Assembly: GCA_965250035.1 (NCBI GenBank)
Contig: OZ252282.1
Coordinates: 593,395-657,394, forward strand
Length of the DNA: 64,000 nt
DNA from: Enterobacterales bacterium
GTDB lineage: Bacteria; Pseudomonadota; Gammaproteobacteria; Enterobacterales; GCA-2746155
Direction of reading: 5' to 3'
The stretch's first letter is position 1, and each line of letters opens with the position of its first letter. Under the pieces are notes generated by a model that saw only the letters and a program-made list of their open reading frames with translations, was not told the origin of the DNA and did no database searches. Shown in pieces: positions 45,964 through 56,142 of this stretch. Both the position numbers and the translations under genes were made by a program.

Positions 45964-46716
45964 TTGGACAGGCTCAGCTTAATCGGTTTTACATTAGCAC
46001 TTATTGCCATACTCGGTGGCCAATACATCGAGGGCGGTAGCATTAATGGGCTGCTGGATGCCCCTGCGGCTCTCATCGTATTCGGTGGCACCATCGGTGC
46101 TGTCATGTTGCAATCTTCCAGTAAGTCATTTCTGTTAGCGATGAAGCTATCCGTATGGGTCTTCAAACCACCGGTTGATAATATGATGGCCGGGGTGAGG
46201 AAGGTAATTAACTGGAGCATGGTTGCCAGAAAAGAAGGACTGCTCGGACTAGAGGAGGCCGCCGATACCGAAGTGGATCCCTTCACGAACAAGGCACTTA
46301 ACCTTTTGGTGGATGGTGGAGAACCTGAAATCATTCGGAGTTCTCTGACGGTGGATATGCACGCCAGGGAATATGAACACCTGATGGCGTCACGTGTTTT
46401 CGAAGCCATGGGTGGCTATGCGCCAACGATCGGTATTATCGGGGCCGTCATGGGCTTGATTCAGGTCATGAGCAACCTCAGTGACCCTGATAAGCTAGGC
46501 CCAGGCATCGCGACGGCATTCGTCGCAACAATATACGGCGTGGCTTCTGCGAATCTGTTGTTTCTTCCCATTGCCAACAAAATTAAACAACTGGTGCATC
46601 GACATTCTCACTTTGAAGAGATGTTGGTTGAAGGCATCGTGGCAATCGCTGAAGGTGAGAATCCGCGAATCATAGAGGCCAAATTGATGGGTTATATTCC
46701 AGATGGAGAGCGTTGA
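45964..46716 (+). CDS. motA: flagellar stator protein MotA family (MotC-like position)
   Basis: TTG start giving MDRLSLIGFTLALIAILGGQYIEGG, plus PTIGIIGAVMGLIQVM and ATAFVATIYGVASANLLFLPIA. Confidence 0.85.
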   Translation: MDRLSLIGFTLALIAILGGQYIEGGSINGLLDAPAALIVFGGTIGAVMLQSSSKSFLLAMKLSVWVFKPPVDNMMAGVRKVINWSMVARKEGLLGLEEAADTEVDPFTNKALNLLVDGGEPEIIRSSLTVDMHAREYEHLMASRVFEAMGGYAPTIGIIGAVMGLIQVMSNLSDPDKLGPGIATAFVATIYGVASANLLFLPIANKIKQLVHRHSHFEEMLVEGIVAIAEGENPRIIEAKLMGYIPDGER

Positions 46717-47714
46717 TGCGCCGCGTTCTGGAGAAAGAATCAGAAAATACTGATCGCTGGTTAGTATCCTATGCGGATTTCATCACCCTGCTATTCGCCT
46801 TTTTCGTGGTGATGTATTCCGTATCACAGGTGAACGAAGGTAAGTTCAAAATCCTATCAGAAACACTGGTAGATGCATTCGTACAACCGGAACGTAGTCT
46901 ACAGCCGATTCAAGTGGGTGAAGTTAACCGCACTGAAACTGAGAGTTCCGGTGATGCCGTCTATGCCAGTGATTACTTTGGTGAGCCTGCGACACCGGAA
47001 TCGGAACGTGCATTCGAAGAAATCAGAGAGGAATTTGCCCATAGTCTGCAGCAGCTCATCGAAGCAGATGTAGTCAAGTTAAGATCCAATGAACACTGGT
47101 TCGTCATCGATATGCGCTCTGGCATGTTATTCTCAAGCGGAAGTGACGACCTGACTCAGGCCGGTACTGAACTAATTAGTACCATCGCAGATGAATTTAT
47201 TGACCAACCGAATGCCATTCATATCCGCGGTTACACCGACAACATTCCGATACGTAGTCGGCGATTTTCCTCAAATTGGGCACTGTCATCTGCTCGCGCT
47301 GTGGCGGTATTGGAACTGATGCAGCAGGTCGGCATTTCTCCCGAGCGAATGGTTCCAGAAGGGTACGGTGAACATCAGCCGGTTGCTTCGAATGACACGG
47401 CTGAAGGACGCGCCATCAATCGACGAGTCGTCATCGCCATGTCAAAGTATCCGCCAGCAAAGAGTGAACTCGAGCGACAGGCCATCGATGAGGCGACACG
47501 GCAGTTATCTGGTGATAACAATCCACCACCAACGAATGGGCAACCCAATGCTAACTTGTCGCAGCAACCACCGACAGCGCAGCCAGCCAATAACCAGGCC
47601 TCTCCGGCAGCCGATCCGAGCAACATTAGACTCATTCGTGCTCCTGATGGTACCCTGACTATTACGTCGGCGAGTGATGATGACGATGATAATCAGGACG
47701 ACGGGACTAACTAG
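46713..47714 (+). CDS. motB: flagellar stator protein MotB family (MotD-like position) with OmpA-like domain and a P/Q/N-rich tail
   Basis: RWLVSYADFITLLFAFFVVMY plug/TM segment with the conserved Asp. OmpA-like region ..NWALSSARA..NRRVVI. 4-nt overlap with motA. Confidence 0.85.
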   Translation: MMRRVLEKESENTDRWLVSYADFITLLFAFFVVMYSVSQVNEGKFKILSETLVDAFVQPERSLQPIQVGEVNRTETESSGDAVYASDYFGEPATPESERAFEEIREEFAHSLQQLIEADVVKLRSNEHWFVIDMRSGMLFSSGSDDLTQAGTELISTIADEFIDQPNAIHIRGYTDNIPIRSRRFSSNWALSSARAVAVLELMQQVGISPERMVPEGYGEHQPVASNDTAEGRAINRRVVIAMSKYPPAKSELERQAIDEATRQLSGDNNPPPTNGQPNANLSQQPPTAQPANNQASPAADPSNIRLIRAPDGTLTITSASDDDDDNQDDGTN

Positions 47715-47734
47715 GCCAAACTGGCGGAAAGACT

Positions 47735-48538
47735 GTGATGAATACCTGGGTTGTAGCAAATCAAAAAGGCGGAGTCGGCAAGACGACAACAGCCATTAGC
47801 CTTGCCGGTATTTTGGCACAACAGTCGAATCGCGTGTTAATGATCGACTTTGATCCACATGCTTCCCTGTCGCAATACTTTGGCGTACGAATTGACGATC
47901 TGAAACGATCGATCTTTGATATATTTGATAGTGATGTCGGACTGACTCAATTTGCCCAGCAGGGTATCCTGACGACCAACCAGCCAAACTTGTCACTCGC
48001 TCCTGCGAATGTCGCCCTGGCAACCCTCGATAAGAAATTTGGTCAACAGAAAGGCCTCGGGTTAAAACTGTGTCAATTCCTTGAACATGTTAAAGATGAC
48101 TATGATTTTGTCATCGTGGATTGTCCACCCATGCTTGGCGTATTGATGATCAATGCCCTGGCTGCCGCTGATGAGTTGATCATCCCAGTACAGACCGAAT
48201 TTCTGGCGATTAAAGGTCTTGAACGAATGCTCGCTACGACTGAAATGGTGTATAAGAGGCAACAGCAAGCTCCGAATTTCACCGTCGTGCCAACTTTGTT
48301 TGATCGACGAACGCGTGCCAGCGTCGATTCACTTCGCTATCTTCGTAAACATTATGAGGAAATTCTGTGGCGCTCGGTCATCTCAATCGACACACATTTT
48401 CGTGACGCCAGTCAGGCACATGTTGTACCATCTGTTTACAAACCTGACTCGCGAGGTGTGACTCAGTATCAACAGCTATGTCGGGACATCGATAAAGGAT
48501 CAATCAACCGCTTTGTGAAGATTATGGAGGCCGTGTGA
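47735..48538 (+). CDS. ParA-family ATPase, ParC-like (chemotaxis-array positioning type by context)
   Basis: VANQKGGVGKTTTAISLA deviant Walker A. Located between the stator genes and a CheW-domain protein, as in Vibrio/Pseudomonas che clusters. Confidence 0.75.
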   Translation: MMNTWVVANQKGGVGKTTTAISLAGILAQQSNRVLMIDFDPHASLSQYFGVRIDDLKRSIFDIFDSDVGLTQFAQQGILTTNQPNLSLAPANVALATLDKKFGQQKGLGLKLCQFLEHVKDDYDFVIVDCPPMLGVLMINALAAADELIIPVQTEFLAIKGLERMLATTEMVYKRQQQAPNFTVVPTLFDRRTRASVDSLRYLRKHYEEILWRSVISIDTHFRDASQAHVVPSVYKPDSRGVTQYQQLCRDIDKGSINRFVKIMEAV

Positions 48539-49365
48539 GTTTGAAATCCGATAAGGCGAATGTGGCTATGGAAAGCTACCTGGATGATTTATTTGAATCA
48601 ACCACTCCTAGTCAGGAAAAGGTCCAATCCGCACCGCTCGATACTAAAAAACACTACCCATTGGGTACAGAGCAAAAACAATTATCTTCAGAACAACGTC
48701 ACCAAATCGAGCGGGTAGAGCGCCTGCTGGACGACTATAACCAACGCCATCAGAAAGAGACTGACGTTAAGGACAATATCAGTTTGCTGCGCCCTGTCCT
48801 GGAACCTGAGATCGTCATACAGGAAGAACATGCCGAGGATGTGGCGGAAGAAACGGCTGTCGAAACTCAGGAAGAGGTAAAGCCCGAAGCGGTCATTTCA
48901 TCCACTATACGCGCTGATTTCGAAGGGCAGCAATTTCAAGCTCTGATGTTCAGTGTGGCAGGTATGGATATCGCTGTACCATTAATTTCCCTAGGCGGAA
49001 TTAGCCGTATGGATAAGGAAGTGACGCAATTGTTCGGTAAGCCAGACTGGTTTATGGGGCTAACTCCTGGAATTAATGGCAATATCAATGTGGTCGATAG
49101 TTGTCGTTGGGTGATGCCTGAACGGTATGGCGAAGCCAAGACTAAAGGACTGAACTATTCGTTTATTATCATGCTTGGCGACAGCCAATGGGGACTCGCT
49201 TGTTCTCATGTCCAGAATGCCATTAGTATTGAACCCGACAATATAAAATGGCGAAGCAACGACAGCAAACGACCCTGGCTGGCAGGCATGCTGATTGAAG
49301 AGCGATGTGTTCTGCTGGACGTTGATGTGATGATTGAGCTCCTTAATTCAGATTATCAACGTTAA
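48535..49365 (+). CDS. CheW-domain protein, ParP-like
   Basis: C-terminal CheW-like domain (QALMFSVAGMDIAVPLISLGGI..). Overlaps the upstream ParA-like gene by 4 nt. Confidence 0.65.
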   Translation: MSLKSDKANVAMESYLDDLFESTTPSQEKVQSAPLDTKKHYPLGTEQKQLSSEQRHQIERVERLLDDYNQRHQKETDVKDNISLLRPVLEPEIVIQEEHAEDVAEETAVETQEEVKPEAVISSTIRADFEGQQFQALMFSVAGMDIAVPLISLGGISRMDKEVTQLFGKPDWFMGLTPGINGNINVVDSCRWVMPERYGEAKTKGLNYSFIIMLGDSQWGLACSHVQNAISIEPDNIKWRSNDSKRPWLAGMLIEERCVLLDVDVMIELLNSDYQR

Positions 49366-49510
49366 TTAACAATTTCTTTCGACATCATCGTATAATGTAC
49401 TATAGTAATCATAGACATAGCGATGATTGCATTGGTATGAATTATGCAGGTTATCTGTCGTTACTGGCAGATAGTCAAGATCTCGACATCTTTGGCACAG
49501 GACATTTGGT

Positions 49511-50005
49511 ATGAGTACAGATAGCGATAGCAGGGTCTCAAGTAAGAGTGAGGCGGAAGATCCAGTTCTTCAATGGGTAACATTTCGCCTATTTAATGAA
49601 ACCTACGGTATTAACGTGATGCAAGTTAAAGAAGTATTACGTTATACAGAGATTGCCCCTGTACCCGGTGCACCAGCCTTTGTTCTAGGGATCATCAATT
49701 TGCGCGGTAACGTGGTTACAGTCATCGATACCAATAATCGATTTGGATTGCCCAGTTCCGAAATTACTGACGATACGCGTATCGTCATTATTGAATCTGA
49801 GGACAACGTGATCGGTATTTTGGTCGAGAGTGTAGCTGAGGTGGTCTACCTGCGTAAGTCTGAGATAGAACCAGCCCCGAATGCTGGCACAGAAGAAAGT
49901 GCCAAGTTTATACAGGGCGTGTCTAATCGCAACGACGACTTATTAATTCTGGTAGATCTAAATAAGTTACTAAATGAAGAGGAATGGGCGGAGTTCGACT
50001 TCTAA
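49511..50005 (+). CDS. cheW: CheW coupling protein (flagellar cluster)
   Basis: WVTFRLFNETYGINVMQVKEVLR..GIINLRGNVVTVIDTNNRFGL. Confidence 0.9.
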   Translation: MSTDSDSRVSSKSEAEDPVLQWVTFRLFNETYGINVMQVKEVLRYTEIAPVPGAPAFVLGIINLRGNVVTVIDTNNRFGLPSSEITDDTRIVIIESEDNVIGILVESVAEVVYLRKSEIEPAPNAGTEESAKFIQGVSNRNDDLLILVDLNKLLNEEEWAEFDF

Positions 50006-50424
50006 CCCGACCAAAATCGACTATGATCTACCTGTATATTTCCACTGCCTTACTGGCGGTGTCGCTACTGATGTTAGCCATTCAAGTGCGCAATCAGTCT
50101 AGCCAAACGCGTAAATACGACAAGCGAATCAAACACTTAGAGAGTGAACTCCAGGCTGCAGCATTGATCAATCAAACGCTGGGTAAACGCCTATTGGCGA
50201 CGGAGTCTGAAGGCCGACGCATGGACGGCCTAATCGCTGAACTGCAGGAGTTTGGTAAGAACGATCTGTTCCAGCAGAAAACATTCAAACAGGCCAGTAA
50301 AATGGCACAGCTGGGCGCATCGACCGATGAGTTACGACGGAGTTGTGATTTGAGTCAGGGAGAAGCTGAGTTACTCAGGCACCTGAACCAGTCAGAATTG
50401 CCGGCTACGGCGGAAGTACATTAG
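49984..50424 (+). CDS. DUF2802-like membrane-anchored coiled-coil protein
   Basis: One TM helix (IYLYISTALLAVSLLMLAI), then a helical region. Holds the conserved position after cheW in polar-flagellum clusters. The start may be the ATG at 50023. Confidence 0.55.
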   Translation: MGGVRLLTRPKSTMIYLYISTALLAVSLLMLAIQVRNQSSQTRKYDKRIKHLESELQAAALINQTLGKRLLATESEGRRMDGLIAELQEFGKNDLFQQKTFKQASKMAQLGASTDELRRSCDLSQGEAELLRHLNQSELPATAEVH

Positions 50425-50427
50425 CGA

Positions 50428-50775
50428 CTAGTCGCTATTATCTTCATCTGGTGCTGGGAGTTGTGCCGGTATTTCATAGTCTGGTGCTTCCGGCGGCACC
50501 CAATTATCCGGTACCTTGCCTTGCAAGTAGTAGGCAAACGCGATGATCTCAGCGATTAATTCATACAGTTCGCGGGGAATTTCTGTCCCAATATCGAGGG
50601 TTGCGAGCATTCTGCTTAACACTGGGTCATTGTGAAGGTGTACACCATTTTCTTCAGCAATTCGAACCATCTCCTGAGCAACAGCATTCGTCCCTGAGGC
50701 GGTGATCTTAGGCGCCGATATCTGGTCGTAACTCAGTGCGACTGCCGTATCAATCTCTGAACGTTTATCACTCAT
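50428..50775 (-). CDS. FlhB C-terminal-domain-like small protein (EscU/YscU/HrcU-type switch-domain homologue)
   Basis: ALSYDQISAPKITASGTNAVAQEMVRIAEENGVHLHNDPVLSRMLATLDIGTEIPRELYELIAEIIAFAY aligns by eye with the post-cleavage FlhB cytoplasmic domain. No TM region. Confidence 0.7.
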   Translation of the reverse strand: MSDKRSEIDTAVALSYDQISAPKITASGTNAVAQEMVRIAEENGVHLHNDPVLSRMLATLDIGTEIPRELYELIAEIIAFAYYLQGKVPDNWVPPEAPDYEIPAQLPAPDEDNSD

Positions 50776-53066
50776 CAGCCAGTCGCTCCAAAGTCGATAC
50801 CAATGTCTTTCAATTCTGCATGAGCGACATTAATGTCTTCCAGGCTGATGTCTGAGCGGCGAATACTGTCATAAATGTAGTTGATCTCAGAATGTATCAG
50901 CTCGACTGTTTGCGGGTATTCCGCCAGGAATCGGATATCAACAGAGTCATTTTGCCACTTCAACACGGCACGTATTTTTCCGAGTTCAGGAATATCGAAC
51001 TGGAGTATGAGCGACCAGACTTTCTCCGGTTTCTCTCGATCATTGCCAGCTTCCTTTCGCATAAGGATCTGTACCAGATCGGTCCCAATATTCTGCCAGA
51101 CCGGTAACTCAAAGAACCATTGGGGTGCCAGGGTGTCTGGACGTAAATTACTGAGTTGATTTGATTGCAGGCGGTTCATCGCCCGGCTAGTTTGGGTCAG
51201 TATTTGTGTCAGGATTCGGATCAACTGGTTAGGTAAGTCGGCAGGTATGCTTCGGCTTGTCATGCCATGCAGCTTTTGCTTGACCAGTTTTACCAAATCG
51301 GGTTGCGCCTGGGCCGACGGTGTGAGGAGGGGAGACTGGCCCGCCTGTGGTGATGCTGGTTGCGTACTTTGAGCATTCGTTTGAGCGCCTGAGTTTGCCG
51401 ATTGGAGCTTCGCGATATGGTACAGGGAAGCCGAGATTACGCGCTGAATATTGGCTTTGAGGTCCTGATGTATCGAGGGTTGCGTTGTCGGACTATTGGT
51501 ACGGTTCATAGCTGCTTTCGCTTCGAGAAAGTTGCCCGATTGTCGTATGGCTTTTTTTACCTCAGCCGCTGTCTTCAATTGCTTCACATCGGGAACATAA
51601 CGATGCAGATCTTTCAGCGCGACGGTGACATCTCGACTGGCTTTATTTAATAGTTGTCCAGACTCTGCACGGAGTGCGCGTTTATTATCACCTTGCCACT
51701 GATTTAATCGCGCGAGTTGGGCGAACAATGTATTTAATTGCCGGCTGATGTTTTGTGTTGCGCCTGAGAGTCTTTGGGATTCTTGCGATACAGTCGTGGC
51801 GAGTAATGGAAAACTTTCACTCTGTGGTATCACGATAGGCACTGAAATCTTCGGTTGAGTGTATGCCTTGATCGCATCCGCGGTATTCGCAGGGGCGTTT
51901 GTAACCGGAATATTTGTCCCTGAATCAATGGCCCGGTTAGTGGTAACGTTGTTTTGACTAGTGGTCTCACCGGCTGATTCTTTATGTTTGTTGGAGGTCA
52001 GTAGGTCTACCTCATCAGACACTGTGGCATCTGCCGGCACTGTGTTTCGCTGTGCACTGTTCGGCTGTTGTTCCATTTCGATTGGCATGGAGCCAGCCCC
52101 AGAGGCCGTTGGGTTCATTGACTTCTGCCCAGAATCGCTACCTGCCACGGAGGAATTCGGTGAGTTATCGGCTGCATTTTTCGGGCTCAAGATAGCCCCA
52201 TCTGATGGTGTCGCTGACGTAGTCTGAACCATTCGATCGCTGGTTATAGATTGGGAATTGTCTGATTTTGCCGTAATTGGCTGTTGTCCATGAATGCCAG
52301 GCGAGTTGGGTTCTGACAGCACCTTGCCTAACTGACTAGACAGGGTATTGAGAGCCGCCGGCTGATTCGACTGACTGGCAACCTGTTGATTAGCGCCAGA
52401 TGGGTTTTTTTCAGTATGACTCTGGCTGATACTAACCTTGGGATCAATATTTGTCGCTGTAGCCGTGATAGTGTTCGCTGTATTACTGCGGCTAGCTTCG
52501 CCTGCTACGGATGGCTTGGCGCCATCGGTTGTCCCGGCACTAGCAGAGGATACGACAGGAGTTTGTGTCGACGAGGGGGCACCTGACTGGATGTAGTTCA
52601 TCAACGCCTGTGTGGTTTCAGATGATGAATTGAAGTCAGGATTGACCTGCTGGATTAATGCGATCAATTTAGTCGTATCGATCAGTCGTTCGGGTACTGC
52701 CTGGATATCACTGACAAGCTCAGGGGACCGGCTTAGGGGGGCATTTTGCGCCGCACTGTCGCGAATTACTTCGACCTGTAATTGTTCGCCACTGATTGCC
52801 ACGACCTGTAACATCAATTTATTGTCAGCGTCAGGTCGCACGGCATCTAACTGGTCATTTCCTAATACCAGCCGTGTGTCCTGAATAATTAACACGGCAT
52901 TGGTCCGATTATTAATCTCCTCAACGACAAGTTGGGCCTCAACCACTTGGCCCGGTACAAGAGAATTCAACAGCTGCTGTACAGCTTTCAGAGAAGCAAG
53001 CTGATCCTGGCTAAGAGCAATTGCTTTGAGAGGTGATATTTCTAAATTGACCGGAAGCTGGGACAT
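50775..53066 (-). CDS. FliK-like (hook-length-control-like) protein, second copy in the window
   Basis: 763 aa with a long S/T/Q/N/A-rich central region. The C-terminal block WFFELPVW..VWSLILQFDIPELGKIRAVLKW..DIRFLAE..LIHSEINYIYDSIRRSDISLEDINV resembles the Flg_hook domain. The start of the downstream flhB-like gene overlaps its stop by 1 nt. Confidence 0.55.
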   Translation of the reverse strand: MSQLPVNLEISPLKAIALSQDQLASLKAVQQLLNSLVPGQVVEAQLVVEEINNRTNAVLIIQDTRLVLGNDQLDAVRPDADNKLMLQVVAISGEQLQVEVIRDSAAQNAPLSRSPELVSDIQAVPERLIDTTKLIALIQQVNPDFNSSSETTQALMNYIQSGAPSSTQTPVVSSASAGTTDGAKPSVAGEASRSNTANTITATATNIDPKVSISQSHTEKNPSGANQQVASQSNQPAALNTLSSQLGKVLSEPNSPGIHGQQPITAKSDNSQSITSDRMVQTTSATPSDGAILSPKNAADNSPNSSVAGSDSGQKSMNPTASGAGSMPIEMEQQPNSAQRNTVPADATVSDEVDLLTSNKHKESAGETTSQNNVTTNRAIDSGTNIPVTNAPANTADAIKAYTQPKISVPIVIPQSESFPLLATTVSQESQRLSGATQNISRQLNTLFAQLARLNQWQGDNKRALRAESGQLLNKASRDVTVALKDLHRYVPDVKQLKTAAEVKKAIRQSGNFLEAKAAMNRTNSPTTQPSIHQDLKANIQRVISASLYHIAKLQSANSGAQTNAQSTQPASPQAGQSPLLTPSAQAQPDLVKLVKQKLHGMTSRSIPADLPNQLIRILTQILTQTSRAMNRLQSNQLSNLRPDTLAPQWFFELPVWQNIGTDLVQILMRKEAGNDREKPEKVWSLILQFDIPELGKIRAVLKWQNDSVDIRFLAEYPQTVELIHSEINYIYDSIRRSDISLEDINVAHAELKDIGIDFGATG

Positions 53067-53196
53067 AGTTGTTTCGAAACGTTATATATTGCTTGTATCG
53101 GCAGACAGTTATCCATATATAGGTCATAATCGTAACATACTCTGATACTAAAGCAGTGCTCATGCCCTGCACTGAACAAGACCAACAGGATCTGAT

Positions 53197-53958
53197 GTGA
53201 TATTTCAAAATATTAAACAAATCGTCATGCTGTGTGCGGCGGTGGCCATGCTCCAAGGCTGTGCAACGGTTGAGAACACAGTCGAATCTGACCCATACGA
53301 ATCCTTTAACCGAACCATGTACGACTTTAACAAGGGTGTCGATACCGTGGTGCTGAAACCACTCGCTAAGGGTTATGATACCGTGGTGCCTGATCCGGCC
53401 AAAAAGGGAGTCAGTAATTTCTTTGCTAATCTGGACGAGCTTCCCACGGCTGCGAACCAATTCCTACAGGGAAAGTTTGCGGATGGCCTTAGTGATCTCG
53501 GCCGTTTTACGATCAATGTCCTGATGGGATTTGGCGGCTTCCTGGATGTCGCAAGCCATTTTGGCATTGAGTCGCATGATGAGGACTTCGGCCAGACTCT
53601 CGGTGCCTGGGGCATTGAATCAGGACCCTATCTGGTTTTGCCATTTCTCGGACCCTCATCCGGACGGGATGTTTTTGGTCGACCGGTAGACAATCTTGCC
53701 ACTGTGCAGGACCAGATCGATCACATCGCAACCCGAAACTCGGTGCATTTCCTGAACCTGGTCGACCTACGTTATCGTCTGCTACCTCTGGATGCCCAGC
53801 TAGAAGATGCCGTTGATGAATATAGTTTTGTCAGGGATGCTTATTTGATGCGTCGCGAGTATCTGGTGTATGACGGAAATCCGCCGGAGCCTGATGATCT
53901 TTATGACGACGAGTGTCTGGATGAAGATGATGATTGTTTTGACGAGATCCTGGATTGA
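53197..53958 (+). CDS. mlaA: outer-membrane lipid asymmetry lipoprotein MlaA (VacJ)
   Basis: Lipobox MLQGC, then DPYESFNRTMYDFNKGVDTVVLKPLAKGY and GPYLVLPFLGPSS. GTG start. Confidence 0.85.
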   Translation: MIFQNIKQIVMLCAAVAMLQGCATVENTVESDPYESFNRTMYDFNKGVDTVVLKPLAKGYDTVVPDPAKKGVSNFFANLDELPTAANQFLQGKFADGLSDLGRFTINVLMGFGGFLDVASHFGIESHDEDFGQTLGAWGIESGPYLVLPFLGPSSGRDVFGRPVDNLATVQDQIDHIATRNSVHFLNLVDLRYRLLPLDAQLEDAVDEYSFVRDAYLMRREYLVYDGNPPEPDDLYDDECLDEDDDCFDEILD

Positions 53959-53979
53959 TCTCGTCTAACCTGTTATCTC

Positions 53980-54288
53980 TCAGGGATGAATCTTATCGAT
54001 GATGGTTGATAACTCGTAGCCACCGGATTCAGCGGGTGTTGAGCGGATTACTTTAACGGTCGCTTCGAGGGGAGGAGTCACTGCTGTCGCAGGTTTAAGC
54101 TTTACCTCAATCAAGTCGCCCTCAGAGAAATCCTCATTAGCGACAAACGCAATTCCCGTGGCACTCAGATCTTTGCCGACTCCCTGTTGCCAGTCATTTT
54201 TACCAACCGCGCTGTATTCTATTGGCGCGTTTATGAACATTCGAATGAAGTCCCGCTTCTCAGAGTATTCTTGATCTTCTCTACTCAT
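53980..54288 (-). CDS. single-domain PilZ protein (c-di-GMP-binding type)
   Basis: KRDFIRM (RxxxR-like) followed by DLSATGIAF (DxSxxG). Confidence 0.7.
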   Translation of the reverse strand: MSREDQEYSEKRDFIRMFINAPIEYSAVGKNDWQQGVGKDLSATGIAFVANEDFSEGDLIEVKLKPATAVTPPLEATVKVIRSTPAESGGYELSTIIDKIHP

Positions 54289-54443
54289 AATTCACCTCAT
54301 ATATCGTTTCGGGCCGCATTTAGATAGGCTATTCATAAAGCATAGCAGGAAAAAACAAAAATTCACCAGTTTTTCAATAAATTATTGCGACTCTCATCCT
54401 CAGGCGCGTATGATAATTAGCGACGCTCACAAAGGGGAAAATC

Positions 54444-55769
54444 ATGATAAAAGTAGGATTATGGATCGGATTGTTGGTCAGTCTTTTTAGCTCGGCTGTA
54501 CAGGCTGACTCGGGTCTTGAGGATAAAATTGCGCAAGATTACGATGATTATCTACAGCCACTATTCGTTCATTTTCACGAAAATCCTGAGTTATCGCTCC
54601 TTGAGTTTAAGACAGCGGCTCGAATGGCGAAGGAGCTCAGGGCGGCTGGTTTTCAGGTGACTGAGAAGGTGGGTGGCACAGGGGTCGTGGCGATGATGGA
54701 GAACGGGGATGGTCCGTTAGTGATGATGCGTGCCGATATGGATGGCCTACCTGTCGAGGAAAAGTCCGGCCTGAGTTATGCCTCGAAAGCGACGCAAAAG
54801 GACCCGATCACCGGCAATATGGTGCCCGTAATGCATGCCTGTGGCCATGATGTTCATATTACTAGCCTGGTCGGAACGGCCCGCTACATGTCCAATAATA
54901 AAGACTTGTGGCGTGGGACACTGATGCTCATCGTGCAGCCGGCAGAAGAGCGAATCATGGGCGCAAGAATGATGGTCGAAGACAAGTTATGGGAGCGTTT
55001 CGGCACGCCTGATTATGCGCTGGCATTTCATGTAGGAGCCCAATTGCCATCCCATAAGATTAATGTTGTAGGCGGCAGTACCTATGCTGGCTCGGACAGT
55101 CTGGATATCATAGTCCATGGGATTGGCGCCCATGGTGCCTCTCCCCATTCCGGCAAGGATCCAATTGTCTTGGGCTCGCAGATAGTTCTGGCGTTACAGA
55201 CGTTAATATCCAGAGAGCTGCCTCCTCGTGATGCGGGCGTCATCACGGTTGGTTCGTTTCATGCCGGTACAAAACATAATATCATTTCCGACCGCGCGCA
55301 CTTGCAGGTGACGGTCCGTAACACCAGCCTTGAAACCCGCAAGCTTTTGCTTGAAGGCATCGAACGCATCGCCGTGAACCTCGGCAGAGCCGCCGGATTA
55401 CCGGAGGACAAATTACCTGAGGTTATCTACTCAGAAGAGAGTACCCCGCCGACACTCAATGACGTGGCGTTGGCAGAGCGGCTGAAGACCAAATGGTTGT
55501 CGCAGTTTGGAGAGGAGAGGGTGTTATCCGTCCGTTCAAAGGGCATGGGGGCGGAAGACTTTCCTTATTTCACCACCGATCCGGCAATACCCAGTGTGTA
55601 TTTCGCCGTGGGTGGTACGCCTCTGGAGGACATTGAGGCAGCACGTAAAGGCGGAGCACCGGTACCGAGCCATCATTCGCCACTATTTAAAATTACGCCT
55701 AAGCCTGCCGTGGTCACTGGGACTACGGCGACGATCCATGCATTACTAGAGTTAATGCCGGCTACCTAG
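54444..55769 (+). CDS. M20-family amidohydrolase (hippurate hydrolase / N-acyl-amino-acid amidohydrolase type), secreted
   Basis: Signal peptide. MHACGHDVH metal-binding motif, QPAEE, GEDF-like MGAEDFPYF. Confidence 0.8.
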   Translation: MIKVGLWIGLLVSLFSSAVQADSGLEDKIAQDYDDYLQPLFVHFHENPELSLLEFKTAARMAKELRAAGFQVTEKVGGTGVVAMMENGDGPLVMMRADMDGLPVEEKSGLSYASKATQKDPITGNMVPVMHACGHDVHITSLVGTARYMSNNKDLWRGTLMLIVQPAEERIMGARMMVEDKLWERFGTPDYALAFHVGAQLPSHKINVVGGSTYAGSDSLDIIVHGIGAHGASPHSGKDPIVLGSQIVLALQTLISRELPPRDAGVITVGSFHAGTKHNIISDRAHLQVTVRNTSLETRKLLLEGIERIAVNLGRAAGLPEDKLPEVIYSEESTPPTLNDVALAERLKTKWLSQFGEERVLSVRSKGMGAEDFPYFTTDPAIPSVYFAVGGTPLEDIEAARKGGAPVPSHHSPLFKITPKPAVVTGTTATIHALLELMPAT

Positions 55770-55783
55770 GAGGGAAATGCCGG

Positions 55784-56107
55784 CTATTTCTCGAGATATT
55801 GTAGTTTGTCAGGCACCCCATCCCATTGTTCGGCATCGTCGGGTGATTTTTTCATCTCGGTAATATTCGGCCATTCTTCTGCCAGCTCAGCATTTAGTTC
55901 TATGAAGACCTCCATACCCTTGGGTACATCGTCTTCCTCGAAGATCGCCTCAGCTGGGCACTCGGGTTCACAGAGGGCACAATCAATACATTCGTCAGGA
56001 TGAATCACCAGGAAATTGGGCCCCTCATAAAAACAGTCTACCGGGCAGACCTCGACACAATCGGTGTATTTACATTTGATGCAGTTGTCGGTTACAACAA
56101 AGGTCAT
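55784..56107 (-). CDS. fdxA: 7Fe ferredoxin (FdxA type)
   Basis: [51 protein letters not shown] gives the [3Fe-4S][4Fe-4S] cysteine pattern. Confidence 0.9.
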   Translation of the reverse strand: MTFVVTDNCIKCKYTDCVEVCPVDCFYEGPNFLVIHPDECIDCALCEPECPAEAIFEEDDVPKGMEVFIELNAELAEEWPNITEMKKSPDDAEQWDGVPDKLQYLEK

Positions 56108-56142
56108 CTTACTCTCCTAACAATTAATGATGTCCAGTTGAA

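Noticed and set aside
49493-49508. TGGCAC upstream of the flagellar-cluster cheW as a sigma-54 promoter
   Set aside because: The -12 position reads ATTTGG rather than TTGC at the required GG-N10-GC spacing. The element also ends only 3 nt from the ATG.
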